A stretch of DNA of 56,048 bases from Bdellovibrionota bacterium (GCA_044347345.1 JBIKUX010000018.1:1-56048), one strand, 5' to 3'. Shown: positions 27,332 to 38,232, counted from the first letter of the stretch. Translations and numbers: made by a program. Notes: a model not told the origin generated them from the sequence alone.

Positions 27332-28552
27332 TTACTGGACTACTGAACCCATTTTAAATATTGGGAGATACATTGCTACAACTAAACTACCAATTATTAT
27401 TCCTAAAACTAAAATCATAATTGGTTCAATGAGCTGTTTCATAGCACCAACCGCGTTATTTACTTCATCTTCATAAAATTCTGCAATTTTTGAAAGCATG
27501 GCATCAAGAGCTCCTGTAGCATCTCCTACCCCAATCATTTGAGTGACCATTGGAGGAAAAACTATAGACTGAGTTAATGGCTCAGTGATTGATTTTCCTT
27601 CGGATATAGCGACCCTACATCTTTGGACATCTTGCTCTACAACTTTATTACCAGCAGTCCGAGAACATATATCTAACGCGTCAAGAATTGGAACTCCAGA
27701 ACTAAGCATAGTACTCAAAGTTCGTGCAAACCTAGCCACTGCTACTTTTTTAATTATATCTCCAAAAACCGGCAATCTAAGCGCCAAAGGATGTATTACT
27801 TCTTTCCCTCTCGGCGTTTTTAAGAATTTAAAAAATGCTATGATTAATCCAAACATAACACCAAAAAAGATCATCCAATAATTAACAAAAAAAGAGCTAA
27901 TATCCATCACAATACGCGTTGGTAGTGGCAAACTACTGCCAAAATCAGCAAAAAGATCCGCAAAAGTAGGGATAACAAAAATCATAAGAATTGCGGTGAC
28001 AGCAACGGCAGCTGATATTACAACAGCTGGGTATATCATTGCTGTTTTTATTTCACGTTTTAATTTCATCGCTTTTTCAAGATGCAAAGATAAACGTTCG
28101 AGTATGGTATCTAAAATCCCTCCTTTTTCTCCAGCATCTATCATATTAACGTAAAGGTCATCAAAGGCCTTTTTTTCTTTATTCATTCCCTCGGCAAGGG
28201 TTCCGCCTGTTTCAATAGTCTCCTTAACAACTCCAAGGGTTTTTTTCATAGCAGAATTTTCACTCTGCTTTGATAGAATATCTAAAGCTTGGACAAGCGG
28301 TAAGCCAGCGTCAATCATAGTAGCTAGCTGACGAGTAAAGATTACTATATCTTTCCCTTTCACCCTTGGGCTCATTCCAGGAATCTTAATCTCCATCTCA
28401 AGACCTTCCCCTTTTGGCTTAATTTTGTTTGCCACAGGGGAGATATTTTTTTGACGAAGCTTATTAAAGACTTCTTGGCGACTTTTCGCTTCTATTTCAC
28501 CAATTATCTTTTTTCCGGCAGTGTCTTTTCCTTCCCAGACGAAGACGGCCAT
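27332..28552 (-). CDS. pilC: Type IV pilus inner-membrane platform protein PilC
   Basis: FTRQLATMIDAGLP, AMIYP, LSSGVPIL, EPIMIL...MYLPIF. Confidence 0.95.
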   Translation of the reverse strand: MAVFVWEGKDTAGKKIIGEIEAKSRQEVFNKLRQKNISPVANKIKPKGEGLEMEIKIPGMSPRVKGKDIVIFTRQLATMIDAGLPLVQALDILSKQSENSAMKKTLGVVKETIETGGTLAEGMNKEKKAFDDLYVNMIDAGEKGGILDTILERLSLHLEKAMKLKREIKTAMIYPAVVISAAVAVTAILMIFVIPTFADLFADFGSSLPLPTRIVMDISSFFVNYWMIFFGVMFGLIIAFFKFLKTPRGKEVIHPLALRLPVFGDIIKKVAVARFARTLSTMLSSGVPILDALDICSRTAGNKVVEQDVQRCRVAISEGKSITEPLTQSIVFPPMVTQMIGVGDATGALDAMLSKIAEFYEDEVNNAVGAMKQLIEPIMILVLGIIIGSLVVAMYLPIFKMGSVVQ

Positions 28553-28673
28553 AGCATTCTCCTAAACTTTACCAATTGCCAGTCGGTATTTTCAAAAAAA
28601 ATCTTAAGATATTCCTTACATATATCCGTCGGCGAACAAAGAAACGGAATTAAGAAATTTTTATCTAACTTTT

Positions 28674-30371
28674 TTAATCCGCTACCGTCACCCTCAAAAC
28701 CTCTTCTACAGTAGTTACCCCTTGCCTTAGCCTCTTTAAAGCCGAAGCTCTTAGAGTCATCATTCCAAGCTTCGCCGCTTCTCTCTTTAATTCCGCTGCT
28801 GAAGCACCACTTAAGATGAACTCTCTTAGTTCATCGAACATAGGCATAACTTCATATAATGCAATCCGACCTTTATAACCGGTGCCAGCACATTTCTGAC
28901 ATCCCTTCCCCTGCTTTACAGTCATTCTTTTGGCTTCAAGTGCTGGAATACCGATATTTACCAGAACCTCTGGATCTACCTTTACGTCTTCAGCACAATC
29001 CGAACACACTTTGCGAGCAAGTCGTTGTGCTAAAATTAAATTTATTGATGATGCGACAAGAAAAGGTTCAATTCCCATATTAAGAAGACGATTAATTGTA
29101 GCTGCCGCATCATTTGTGTGCAGAGTCGAAAGTACTAAATGCCCAGTAAGAGATGCTTTTATGGCGATTTCGGCTGTCTCGTAATCTCTAATCTCACCCA
29201 CCATAATCACATCCGGATCTTGCCGTAAAAAAGCTCTTAGCGAAGCAGCGAAATTAAACCCTATATCATCATGCATCTGCGCTTGATTAATTCCAGGTAG
29301 ATTAAATTCTACTGGATCTTCTGCTGTGCTTATGTTCGTCGTAACCTTGTTTAACTCAGCAAGAGCTGAATAAAGAGTAGTTGTTTTACCGGAACCAGTA
29401 GGACCTGTAACAAGAACCATCCCATGTGGTCTTGAAATACTTTCCTTAAAATACTTGAGCTGCTCCTCTTCAAAACCTAATTTGGTCATATCTAATTGTA
29501 AATTAGACTTATCCAATAGACGCAGTACAACCTTCTCACCAAAAAGAGTAGGTAAAACATTAACTCTAAAATCCATTTCATTTTTACTGCCAAGCTTTAG
29601 CTTAATTCTCCCATCTTGAGGTAACCTCCTCTCAGCAATATCCAGTGACGCCATTATTTTTATTCTTGACGTTATTGCATTTTTTAATTTAACAGGAGGT
29701 TTCATTATCTCATACAATACACCATCAATTCTGAACCTAACTCGAAAAGTTTTTTCATAAGGTTCAATATGTATATCTGATGCATTTTTTTTAATTGCAT
29801 CGGTTAAAACAGCATTAACAAGCTTTACTACTGGAGCATCCTCTGTTGCTCGCTCAAGCTCACTAATGTTTACTACCTCGCCAGTATCAACAACTTGTAC
29901 ATCATCATCAGCAAGATTTCCTATGATGTTCTCATATGAAACCGAATGCTCATAATAAGTCTCATGAGCTGTACGTATTTCACGCTCTGAAGCAACTACA
30001 ACAAAAATATCGAGACCTGTAACAAATTTCAGATCGTTTAAGGCTGCGACATTTGCCGGATCAATTGTAGCTATAGTTAAAGTCTGTTCTGTTCTTTTAA
30101 TGGGTATTAAAAGATGTTTTCGGGCGATGTTGGAGGGAACAAGCTCAATAACACTTCTTTCAATTTCAAGTGATTGAGGTGAAATAATTTCAACATTAAA
30201 TTGTTGACTTATGAATGCAACCAAATCCTCTTCGCTAATAAATCCCAAATCTAACAAATGAGATAAAAGCGTGCCTGAACCCGTTGATTTCTGTGCATCT
30301 AGACCCTTATTAAGTTGCTCTTTTACTAGGAGACCTGACTTAACAAGAAGTTCCCCAATTCGTAATGACAT
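28674..30371 (-). CDS. pilB: Type IV pilus assembly ATPase PilB
   Basis: MshEN-like RIGELLV N-terminus, ASDIHIEP, GPTGSGKTT, LRQDPD, TGHLVLSTLH, tetracysteine motif. Confidence 0.95.
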   Translation of the reverse strand: MSLRIGELLVKSGLLVKEQLNKGLDAQKSTGSGTLLSHLLDLGFISEEDLVAFISQQFNVEIISPQSLEIERSVIELVPSNIARKHLLIPIKRTEQTLTIATIDPANVAALNDLKFVTGLDIFVVVASEREIRTAHETYYEHSVSYENIIGNLADDDVQVVDTGEVVNISELERATEDAPVVKLVNAVLTDAIKKNASDIHIEPYEKTFRVRFRIDGVLYEIMKPPVKLKNAITSRIKIMASLDIAERRLPQDGRIKLKLGSKNEMDFRVNVLPTLFGEKVVLRLLDKSNLQLDMTKLGFEEEQLKYFKESISRPHGMVLVTGPTGSGKTTTLYSALAELNKVTTNISTAEDPVEFNLPGINQAQMHDDIGFNFAASLRAFLRQDPDVIMVGEIRDYETAEIAIKASLTGHLVLSTLHTNDAAATINRLLNMGIEPFLVASSINLILAQRLARKVCSDCAEDVKVDPEVLVNIGIPALEAKRMTVKQGKGCQKCAGTGYKGRIALYEVMPMFDELREFILSGASAAELKREAAKLGMMTLRASALKRLRQGVTTVEEVLRVTVAD

Positions 30372-30443
30372 GTTGTAATCTCCCCTCTGAGAAATCTCAT
30401 CGGTGAATTACTAAAAAGACTAAAATTAAGAGATGAATGCATA

Positions 30444-31511
30444 TTGCGTCGAGATGAGGCACAATTACTTATAACCCTTTTCATCCTTCACGTTATAGCA
30501 AAAAGCTGTATGAATAAGAAAACAAACGATGATTTATTAGATGACTCATCCTTACCGACTGCGCCATTAAAGGCGACAGTTGAGCCAATACCTAAGGAAA
30601 TGACTACTCCCCCCTTAAAAGCTCGTACCAGACGAGCAACTACGGTAAGCTCAAGGGATATAATTCCTTACGATCCTCTAGCTGCTTATCTCCGAGAAAT
30701 TCGTCGCATTCCTCGACTTACTCTAGAGGAAGAGCATGATACAGCTGTTCAGTATTACACAAACAAAGATTTAGGAGCAGCATACAGACTTCTCTCAAGT
30801 AATCTTTGGCTTGTTGTCAAAATAGCAAGGGATTATGAACGAGCCGCAAGAAATATTTTAGATCTCATTCAAGAAGGAAACATTGGATTGATGGAAGCTG
30901 TCAAAAACTTTGATCCTTACCGAGGGGTTCGCTTTCCATCTTACGCATCTTGGTGGATAAAAGCTTACATTGTTCGCTTCCTAATTGCTAATTGGCGCAT
31001 GGTAAAAATAGGAACCACCCAAGCACAACGAAAACTTTTCTTCAACTTAAACAAAGAAAAAGAACGTCTTGAACGAGAAGGTTTTAATCCAGAGCCAAAA
31101 CTTATTGCACAATCCCTCGGAGTTAAAGAATCTGAAGTTTTAGAAATGGAGCAGAGGCTTTCTGGCTCTGATGTTAGCTTTGATGCCCCACTAGCAACTG
31201 ATGGTGAAACGACACTGCTTTCTATTCTTCCATCGGAGGAAGCTTCAGCCGAAGAAGCATTAGCTGGCAAACAGTTTCAAATTTTAATTTCAGAGGCAAT
31301 GGACGAATTTCGAGAAACCCTCAATATTAAAGAGCAAGCCATTTTAGAGCGAAGACTTCTTTCTGAAGAGCGTGCTACTCTAAACGATTTAGCAGAAGAA
31401 TTTTCAATCAGCAGAGAGCGAATTCGTCAAATCGAACAACGCATCAAAGAAAAGTATAAGAAATTTTTAGAAGATAAATTTGGCAAATCACTCGAAGAAG
31501 TACTTGGGTAA
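30444..31511 (+). CDS. rpoH: RNA polymerase sigma-32 family factor
   Basis: DLIQEGNIGLM, RpoH box QRKLFFNL, SRERIRQIE; likely start ATG 30510. Confidence 0.88.
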   Translation: MRRDEAQLLITLFILHVIAKSCMNKKTNDDLLDDSSLPTAPLKATVEPIPKEMTTPPLKARTRRATTVSSRDIIPYDPLAAYLREIRRIPRLTLEEEHDTAVQYYTNKDLGAAYRLLSSNLWLVVKIARDYERAARNILDLIQEGNIGLMEAVKNFDPYRGVRFPSYASWWIKAYIVRFLIANWRMVKIGTTQAQRKLFFNLNKEKERLEREGFNPEPKLIAQSLGVKESEVLEMEQRLSGSDVSFDAPLATDGETTLLSILPSEEASAEEALAGKQFQILISEAMDEFRETLNIKEQAILERRLLSEERATLNDLAEEFSISRERIRQIEQRIKEKYKKFLEDKFGKSLEEVLG

Positions 31512-31552
31512 CAATAATCTTAATATTTTTATAAAAAACGAGAAAATTTATA

Positions 31553-33067
31553 TTGGCACTCAATCTACACAAATCAACTCTGATTTTACAGGCTATCAGA
31601 TGGCGACGGGTTCTAGCAGTACTTATAACTTCATTTCTAATTACAATTATTGTTTTAGGCTGGCGCAAAGCATACTTTAATTACTTCGAAACAGTTCCTC
31701 CGAGAATAACAATCTTAGATATTCCTAAAGGGCTAAGTAAAAGCCCCTCAGAGGTGGCGTTCTATGTTGAAGACCCTGTATCAGGGGTTGCTTCTGTTAC
31801 TGTATGGATAGAACAAAATGGAAAACGCCTAGATCTAGGCTCGACTACAGAATTCTCTGAGCCAAAAACAAAGCAAAAGTTTAATATACCTCTTCCTAAT
31901 GCTGATAACGAGCTGAGACAAGGAGAAGCTATTTTATTCATAGAAGCAACTGATGCTAGTATATGGAATGCTGGAGCGCTTGAGACGCTTCCCCTTTTAG
32001 TGGATTATGAAGCGCCTTTAATAGAAATTAAACGTTACCCATCGGTTGTTTCTACAGGACAAGTAGCCTTAGCTTTATTTACATTACACGATGATCATCC
32101 AAGTAAATGTGATGCTTATCTAACAAAACCAAAAGAATCTTATCGATCGTTGTCAATGCCATGTTTTCCGGCTGCAAAATTAGATAGTAAAGTCATATCT
32201 TCTTCACTATATGCCACTATTCTCACTGTTCCGCTTGATGCTCCCGAACAAAGCTTCTTCGAAGTACTTTTGACTGATAAGGTAGGAAATACTACTTCTG
32301 TAGTTCTTCCTACACAAATGGAAGTAGTAAAAAATATTCCTATTGAATTCAATATTTCTACAGAATTATTTAGAAAGAAAATCCGACAAGATTTTGAAGC
32401 ATATCAAATATTTACTGCAAAGCAGCGAAATAACACAAATACTACTGAGTCCATAGAAAAGCTAAAACCTAGTGAGCTGATATCAATCACATCTCAACTA
32501 AGTGAGAGCTACATACATGCTAAACTTTCGCAAAGTCGCGAAAGTCGCTATTGGAACTCAGCTTTTTTAAGACAACCATCTACAGTTGCTATAAATTTTA
32601 ATGAGGTTCTCAAATACAACTTACCGGGGGCTACATACTCACTCCCATCCTCAAGTGGTGAAATAATAGAACTCCCGATAGGAGAAGAACAGGTAAGTGC
32701 GCTTCAAGACGGTTTTGTTGTAGCAGCTGAGCATATTGGAATTTATCATGAAGCAGTAATTATTGACCATGGTCTTGGAATATCCTCCCTATACGGTAAT
32801 CTAAAAGCTACAAAAGTAATACCAGGAAGTCTCATTCACAAAGGAGATATTGTGGGTTATGCACGAGAAGGTCCAAGTCTTGAACCGTCAACTAAAAAAA
32901 GACCAGTGGAACAAAGTCGCCCTACCGATGAAATTCAAGAAAAGTCTCAAGCGATTGTACAAATTCGCATAAATGGAATACCAGTGAATCCAGCCCCATG
33001 GTTTAGAGATGTCTGGGTTCACGAAAATTTTAATAACCTTTTACACACAAGTTACCAACTTAACTAA
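31553..33067 (+). CDS. Membrane-anchored M23/LytM-domain protein, apparently non-catalytic
   Basis: N-terminal TM, Ig-like region, IIDHGLGISSLYGNL...KGDIVG...NGIPVNP; Zn-ligand motifs absent. Confidence 0.7.
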   Translation: MALNLHKSTLILQAIRWRRVLAVLITSFLITIIVLGWRKAYFNYFETVPPRITILDIPKGLSKSPSEVAFYVEDPVSGVASVTVWIEQNGKRLDLGSTTEFSEPKTKQKFNIPLPNADNELRQGEAILFIEATDASIWNAGALETLPLLVDYEAPLIEIKRYPSVVSTGQVALALFTLHDDHPSKCDAYLTKPKESYRSLSMPCFPAAKLDSKVISSSLYATILTVPLDAPEQSFFEVLLTDKVGNTTSVVLPTQMEVVKNIPIEFNISTELFRKKIRQDFEAYQIFTAKQRNNTNTTESIEKLKPSELISITSQLSESYIHAKLSQSRESRYWNSAFLRQPSTVAINFNEVLKYNLPGATYSLPSSSGEIIELPIGEEQVSALQDGFVVAAEHIGIYHEAVIIDHGLGISSLYGNLKATKVIPGSLIHKGDIVGYAREGPSLEPSTKKRPVEQSRPTDEIQEKSQAIVQIRINGIPVNPAPWFRDVWVHENFNNLLHTSYQLN

Positions 33068-33068
33068 T

Positions 33069-34244
33069 TTAATATACACTTTGTACAATATCCTCTTCCG
33101 TAGTCGAAGCGACTCCAAGCAGAGCTTCATAAACTGCAAAAGTTTTTTGAACAACAATCTCTTCTGATAATCCAGCATTAATTACATGATTTCTTCCAGC
33201 TAAACCCATTTTTACCCGCAGAAGTGAATTCAAAATTAGACATTTAATTGCTTGCACCAAGGCTGTGCTATCTTTGACTGGCACAAGAAACCCGTTATAT
33301 CCATCTTTTATTATAACCCGACAATTAGCCGTGTTTGTCGCAATTATTGGTCTTCCTGCAGCTGCTGCCTCTAATAAACTTGTTGAAACGATATCCTCAT
33401 AAAAAGTTGGTAAGACAACTATATGTACTTGTCTAAGTATTGCTACCGTCTCTATACTTCTTTCAAAGCACTCTATTACTCCGGTATTTATCCACTCATT
33501 GATAATTTCTCTAGGTACCATTCTTGAATCTTCACCTAAATTAGTATCAATCATATCTCGTGAAACAATAAACCGAGCTTTTATTCCTTCCCTTCTTATA
33601 CTTTGTATGGCCTCAGTAAACTCCTTGACCCCATTTTTCGAAAATAAACTTCCAGCAAAGAATATACGAGGCGGCATAGCTGGCTCAACGGATGGAATAT
33701 ACTTACGTATATCTATACCACTTCCTGATATCACAGCGGTTTTTGATTCAGGAATTATACCTCGATTACAAAAAAAATTTTTATCTTCTGAGTTTTGGAA
33801 AATAGTAAATGCATTAGATGGGCAAAGACTTACTTTAAATAAGATTTGAATAATTTTTATCTTTATATCGGCACCAAAATGATGCGAATTCATAAGAGAT
33901 TCAAGACTTGAAATAGAATTAACAATCCACGGAATCTTTGTTAATCGTGCGATAAGTGATCCGTAAATTACTGGCTTAAATCCTAAATGATGAACAATTG
34001 TTGGACGAAGGTCTTGATACAATCGATAAAGCGCTGACAAGTCGGTTAATCTAACATAATAAGATTGCCATGAGGGAAGAAAGAATACTTCAAAACCAAG
34101 CTTAGTCGCCTTTAATAATTGACTATCCTTTGGTGCAACAATACCTATTTTGTAACCTCTATCTATAGCTATCCGTCCAATTTTAAGGCAATAAGGTAAA
34201 AAAGAGTTTGTATTACTAGCTACAAAGAGCAAAAATGGTTTCAC
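33069..34244 (-). CDS. GT4 family glycosyltransferase
   Basis: KPVIYGS, IFQNSED, GSGID, LLEAAAAGRPII, DGYNGFLVP. Confidence 0.85.
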   Translation of the reverse strand: MKPFLLFVASNTNSFLPYCLKIGRIAIDRGYKIGIVAPKDSQLLKATKLGFEVFFLPSWQSYYVRLTDLSALYRLYQDLRPTIVHHLGFKPVIYGSLIARLTKIPWIVNSISSLESLMNSHHFGADIKIKIIQILFKVSLCPSNAFTIFQNSEDKNFFCNRGIIPESKTAVISGSGIDIRKYIPSVEPAMPPRIFFAGSLFSKNGVKEFTEAIQSIRREGIKARFIVSRDMIDTNLGEDSRMVPREIINEWINTGVIECFERSIETVAILRQVHIVVLPTFYEDIVSTSLLEAAAAGRPIIATNTANCRVIIKDGYNGFLVPVKDSTALVQAIKCLILNSLLRVKMGLAGRNHVINAGLSEEIVVQKTFAVYEALLGVASTTEEDIVQSVY

Positions 34245-34263
34245 AAACTTAGTTTTTCTTAAT

Positions 34264-36303
34264 TTATATATTATTTATTACATTATTGCCTAAATTCTGC
34301 TTCCAATAGCTAAGCCATGATTGAAAAACTAGTACATTCCATAATGGATATTCCCAATTACTTCGTCTACAAATATGGTCTTGCCATTTATCTATAATTT
34401 TTGAGGAAACAAAAAAACCTTCTTCATTTAGGCGCTTTGGATTAATTAAATCTTCAGCCCAATTACGTAATGAACTTCTCAACCAGTCACCTAGTGGCAC
34501 ACTAAATCCACGCTTTGGCAGGTTAACTATCTCTCTTGGTAAGAGATCTTTAGCTATTTCACGCAAAATCCATTTTGTTACCTTATCTCTTAATTTCAAG
34601 CAATCTGGAATTCTACAAGAAAACTCAAGAAGTCTATAATCAAGCAAGGGTTCTCTAGCCTCTAACCCCACTGCCATGCTAGCTCTATCTAACTTTACCA
34701 TTAGATCATCTGGGAGATAACTCAGGGTGTCTAAATACATCATATACTGAAGCATGCTACTTCCACTAATACGTAGCTCTGGGTCATTATTAGGTACTCG
34801 TGGTTGATATGTATCTATTACTACTTCATGACTTTCCCATTGCGAGCGCATTTGATCATAAAGATACTCCGGTTTTAATAACTCCATTATTTTTACTAGT
34901 TTATGCATTTTATGCCCAAAATTCGGTAATTTTCCTCCTAATGGAGCACATTTGTACATAATTTGGTAGAATTTATCCCATTGCTCTATAGAAAATGACC
35001 TGATACCAAACGAAGTACTTAGTCTTAACCAAGAAGGTAAATTAGAAATTCTTCTCCAAAAATTATTCGTCCTACTGTAAATAGGATAACCACCAAATAA
35101 CTCATCTCCACCGTCTCCAGATAAACTGACGGTTACTGTTTGTCGGGCGAGACGCGATACTAAATAAGTTGGAATCTGCGAAAAATCAGCGAAAGGCTCG
35201 TCATATATAAGTGGAAGTTGCGGAATCATATCGAGAGCAAGTGCCGAAGATGCGTAAAGCTCACGGTGATCTGTTCCCAAGTAAGATGCAATATTTCGTG
35301 CATTATGGGCTTCGTTATGATTTTCGTCTTCAACACCTATAGTAAAAGTCTTAATAGGTTGTTGCGAAAATTGCTGCATTATAGCCACAACAATAGAAGA
35401 ATCTATGCCGCCTGATAGAAAAGCTCCAACTGGCACATCTGCTCTCATGCGCAGTTTTATTGAATCTTCAATGAGAAGTCTTAGCTCGGTTACAATCTCT
35501 CTATCACTTCCTGTAAAAGGTTGTGCTATTCCGTTTGCTAAATGTTCATCGAGTCGCCAATAAGAATGAGGAGAGATGTAACTATTACTTTGATGGAAAG
35601 GGTATGGAGAGAATCCAGAAGGCTTAGAACGAAGAACGTCGAGCGAAAGAGGAAGAATACTTCCCTGAGATAATTTATAAATTCCGTCAAAGATGGATAA
35701 TGGTGCTGGGATGTAATTGTATCTCATAAACAGGCCAAGTGAGCCCCGATCGATACTTAACTTAATTCCTGGATAATAAAGGAAAGGCTTTAATTCTGAG
35801 CTAAAAATAAATGTTCCTTGGCACCATCCATAATATAATGGCTTTACCCCTATGCGATCACGAACTAAAGAAAGCACTGACTCTTTTTCATCCCATACCC
35901 CGAATGAAAACATGCCATTACATTTTTTTACTGTAGCCTCAATACCCCAAACCTCAAATCCTGCAAGAAGAACCTCAGTATCACTAGAGCCTCTAAATGT
36001 TACTCCCAGACTTATTAGTTCTTTTTGCAATTCAAAAAAATTATATATCTCACCATTATAGGTGATAATGTAACGGCCTGATAAAGAACGCATGGGTTGT
36101 GCACCCTCAGGCGATAAATCAACAATGGAAAGCCGTCGATGGGCAAATCCTATTTGTTTTTCTTGATTAAACCATATACCACCACTATCAGGACCACGAT
36201 GGGTAAGTACTGAAGAAAATCTATTTAAAATTGCTTTGACATCATTAAGTGGTTCAGATAACCCAGATGAGGACGAAAGGGATAAGCCAGCTATACCACA
36301 CAT
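34264..36303 (-). CDS. asnB: Asparagine synthase-type glutamine amidotransferase (likely glycan amidation)
   Basis: MCGIAG, HRGPD, HRRLSIVDL, NGEIYN, FLSGGIDSS, SGDGGDELFGGY. Confidence 0.92.
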   Translation of the reverse strand: MCGIAGLSLSSSSGLSEPLNDVKAILNRFSSVLTHRGPDSGGIWFNQEKQIGFAHRRLSIVDLSPEGAQPMRSLSGRYIITYNGEIYNFFELQKELISLGVTFRGSSDTEVLLAGFEVWGIEATVKKCNGMFSFGVWDEKESVLSLVRDRIGVKPLYYGWCQGTFIFSSELKPFLYYPGIKLSIDRGSLGLFMRYNYIPAPLSIFDGIYKLSQGSILPLSLDVLRSKPSGFSPYPFHQSNSYISPHSYWRLDEHLANGIAQPFTGSDREIVTELRLLIEDSIKLRMRADVPVGAFLSGGIDSSIVVAIMQQFSQQPIKTFTIGVEDENHNEAHNARNIASYLGTDHRELYASSALALDMIPQLPLIYDEPFADFSQIPTYLVSRLARQTVTVSLSGDGGDELFGGYPIYSRTNNFWRRISNLPSWLRLSTSFGIRSFSIEQWDKFYQIMYKCAPLGGKLPNFGHKMHKLVKIMELLKPEYLYDQMRSQWESHEVVIDTYQPRVPNNDPELRISGSSMLQYMMYLDTLSYLPDDLMVKLDRASMAVGLEAREPLLDYRLLEFSCRIPDCLKLRDKVTKWILREIAKDLLPREIVNLPKRGFSVPLGDWLRSSLRNWAEDLINPKRLNEEGFFVSSKIIDKWQDHICRRSNWEYPLWNVLVFQSWLSYWKQNLGNNVINNI

Positions 36304-36358
36304 TTTTCCATTTGGGTTAATAGACCAAATTTGTTCTATAGGCCATTTTTTCGGGCAA

Positions 36359-37816
36359 TTATACTAAGTTTAATGATTTTAATTTAGCAAATGCCTCAAG
36401 TGCTCTTGATCGTCCCATACCATGCTCAATTATTGGCTGTGGGTAAGAATCTCCCAGGCTCACTCCCGCCCTTATCAGATCACTTGGGCGAGCATTCCAT
36501 GGTTGATGAATGTAGCTATTAGAAAGTTTACTCAACTCAGGCACCCAACGACGTACATACACTCCTTGAGGGTCAAATTTTTCTCCCTGCAAAACCGGAT
36601 TAAAAATACGAAAGTATGGCGCTGCGTCAGCTCCACAGCCTGCAATCCATTGCCAACCCATCGTATTACTAGCTAAGTCAGCATCAACTAGCGTATTCCA
36701 AAACCAACGTGCTCCAGCTTGCCAAGATTGAAGCAAATGCTTAACCAAAAATGATCCCACTATCATTCTTACTCGATTATGCATCCAACCAGTAGTCCAA
36801 AGCTCACGCATTCCAGCATCAACTATAGGATATCCTGTCATACCCCGCTGCCAAGCTTTGAGATAATGATAATTAGTATCCCAAGGAAATTGCGAAAATT
36901 TAGCATTAAGAGGCTGTTCAAGCATCGTTGGGAAATGAAAAAGAAGATTATAAGCAAACTCTCGCCATCCAAGCTCTTTAAGGAAAACAGCTGAAACCTC
37001 TGGTGATATTTTTTTAAGGTGAACCTGCTCCCAAACAACTCTCACACTAATCTCACCAAAATGTAGATGGGGCGAAAGAGATGAAGTACCTGAGTGCGCG
37101 GGAAGATTACGCATCTCGCCATATTTTTCAATAAATCGATCTGTAATCTGTTCCTCGAGTTTATTGAGAGCGGCTTCCTCACCGGGAACCCAGCGATCAT
37201 AAAACCCCTTATCCCAACTCTTTTCTGGTAAAAGATTTAATGAATTAATCGGGATATTACCTGTGGTATAATTGGAAATAAATTTTGTTTTTGAAACTAC
37301 AGGAAGAGATGACTCAAATTTTTTACGTTCTAACGCTTTATAAAAAGGTGTAAAAACCTTATAGGGATCGCCATTTTCCTTTGTAACATCCCAGGGCTCA
37401 CTTAAAAGTAATCCATTAAAAGATCTTACATGTACTCCCAACTCTTGTAATCTTGCCTTTATAAGCTGATCTCGCGATATTGATATTGGGTCATAAAGCC
37501 GGTTCCAAAAAACCCCCTCTACTCGCTCTACACTAATTAGTCCCTCTAAAATCGAAAGAGCCGAACCCTCCTTAATTAAAAGAGTACCGCCAATCTTCTC
37601 TAAGGAGACTTGAAACGACACTAAAGAATGATGGAGCCACCATCTAGATGCCGCTCCGATATTCCAATCATGATTAGTAGAATAATCCAAAATATATAAA
37701 GGTATAATCGATAAATCTTCCCGCTCAGCGACAAAACGAGATGCCGCATAAAAAGCAGGGTTATCTCTTAAACGAAGGTCTCGTCTAAACCAAACTATGA
37801 CAGACGATGCAGCCAT
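36359..37816 (-). CDS. phrB: Deoxyribodipyrimidine (CPD) photolyase
   Basis: WFRRDLRLRDNPA, LSPHLHFGEIS, TGYPIVDAGMR, WMHNRVRM, DAAPYFRIFNP. Confidence 0.93.
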   Translation of the reverse strand: MAASSVIVWFRRDLRLRDNPAFYAASRFVAEREDLSIIPLYILDYSTNHDWNIGAASRWWLHHSLVSFQVSLEKIGGTLLIKEGSALSILEGLISVERVEGVFWNRLYDPISISRDQLIKARLQELGVHVRSFNGLLLSEPWDVTKENGDPYKVFTPFYKALERKKFESSLPVVSKTKFISNYTTGNIPINSLNLLPEKSWDKGFYDRWVPGEEAALNKLEEQITDRFIEKYGEMRNLPAHSGTSSLSPHLHFGEISVRVVWEQVHLKKISPEVSAVFLKELGWREFAYNLLFHFPTMLEQPLNAKFSQFPWDTNYHYLKAWQRGMTGYPIVDAGMRELWTTGWMHNRVRMIVGSFLVKHLLQSWQAGARWFWNTLVDADLASNTMGWQWIAGCGADAAPYFRIFNPVLQGEKFDPQGVYVRRWVPELSKLSNSYIHQPWNARPSDLIRAGVSLGDSYPQPIIEHGMGRSRALEAFAKLKSLNLV

Positions 37817-37857
37817 TTAATAGATGACCAATGAAAACACCCAGAGCAAACTAATAA

Positions 37858-38232
37858 TCAAGCTCTGAACTCACTTGAAGAAAAATAAGAAACAGAAACA
37901 GGTTTACTTACTTCTCTCATGGGATTATCGATAAATAAACCAGCTAACAAAATTCCCAAAAGCAACACTGGAATCAGGACGCAGGCCCATATCACTGGAT
38001 TTTCATACTTTAAATGCATAAAAAAGAGACCAACGATAACAGCTTTTATTGACGCTATTAACATTGCTACCACGAAATTAAGTAGACCAAAATCTACTTG
38101 AGCAGCCCCCACAGTAATAACAGTTAAAACTAAAAGTATGATGAACGAATTACGGTATATTGCAAAGGATAACGTATGTCCGTCATGGGTTGAGGAACTA
38201 TGTTCAAAACCGGCACCGTGCGAATGCTTCAT
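37858..38232 (-). CDS. ctaF: Cytochrome c oxidase subunit IV
   Basis: 3 TMs, KAVIVGLFFMHLKYE; last gene of cox operon. Confidence 0.88.
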   Translation of the reverse strand: MKHSHGAGFEHSSSTHDGHTLSFAIYRNSFIILLVLTVITVGAAQVDFGLLNFVVAMLIASIKAVIVGLFFMHLKYENPVIWACVLIPVLLLGILLAGLFIDNPMREVSKPVSVSYFSSSEFRA

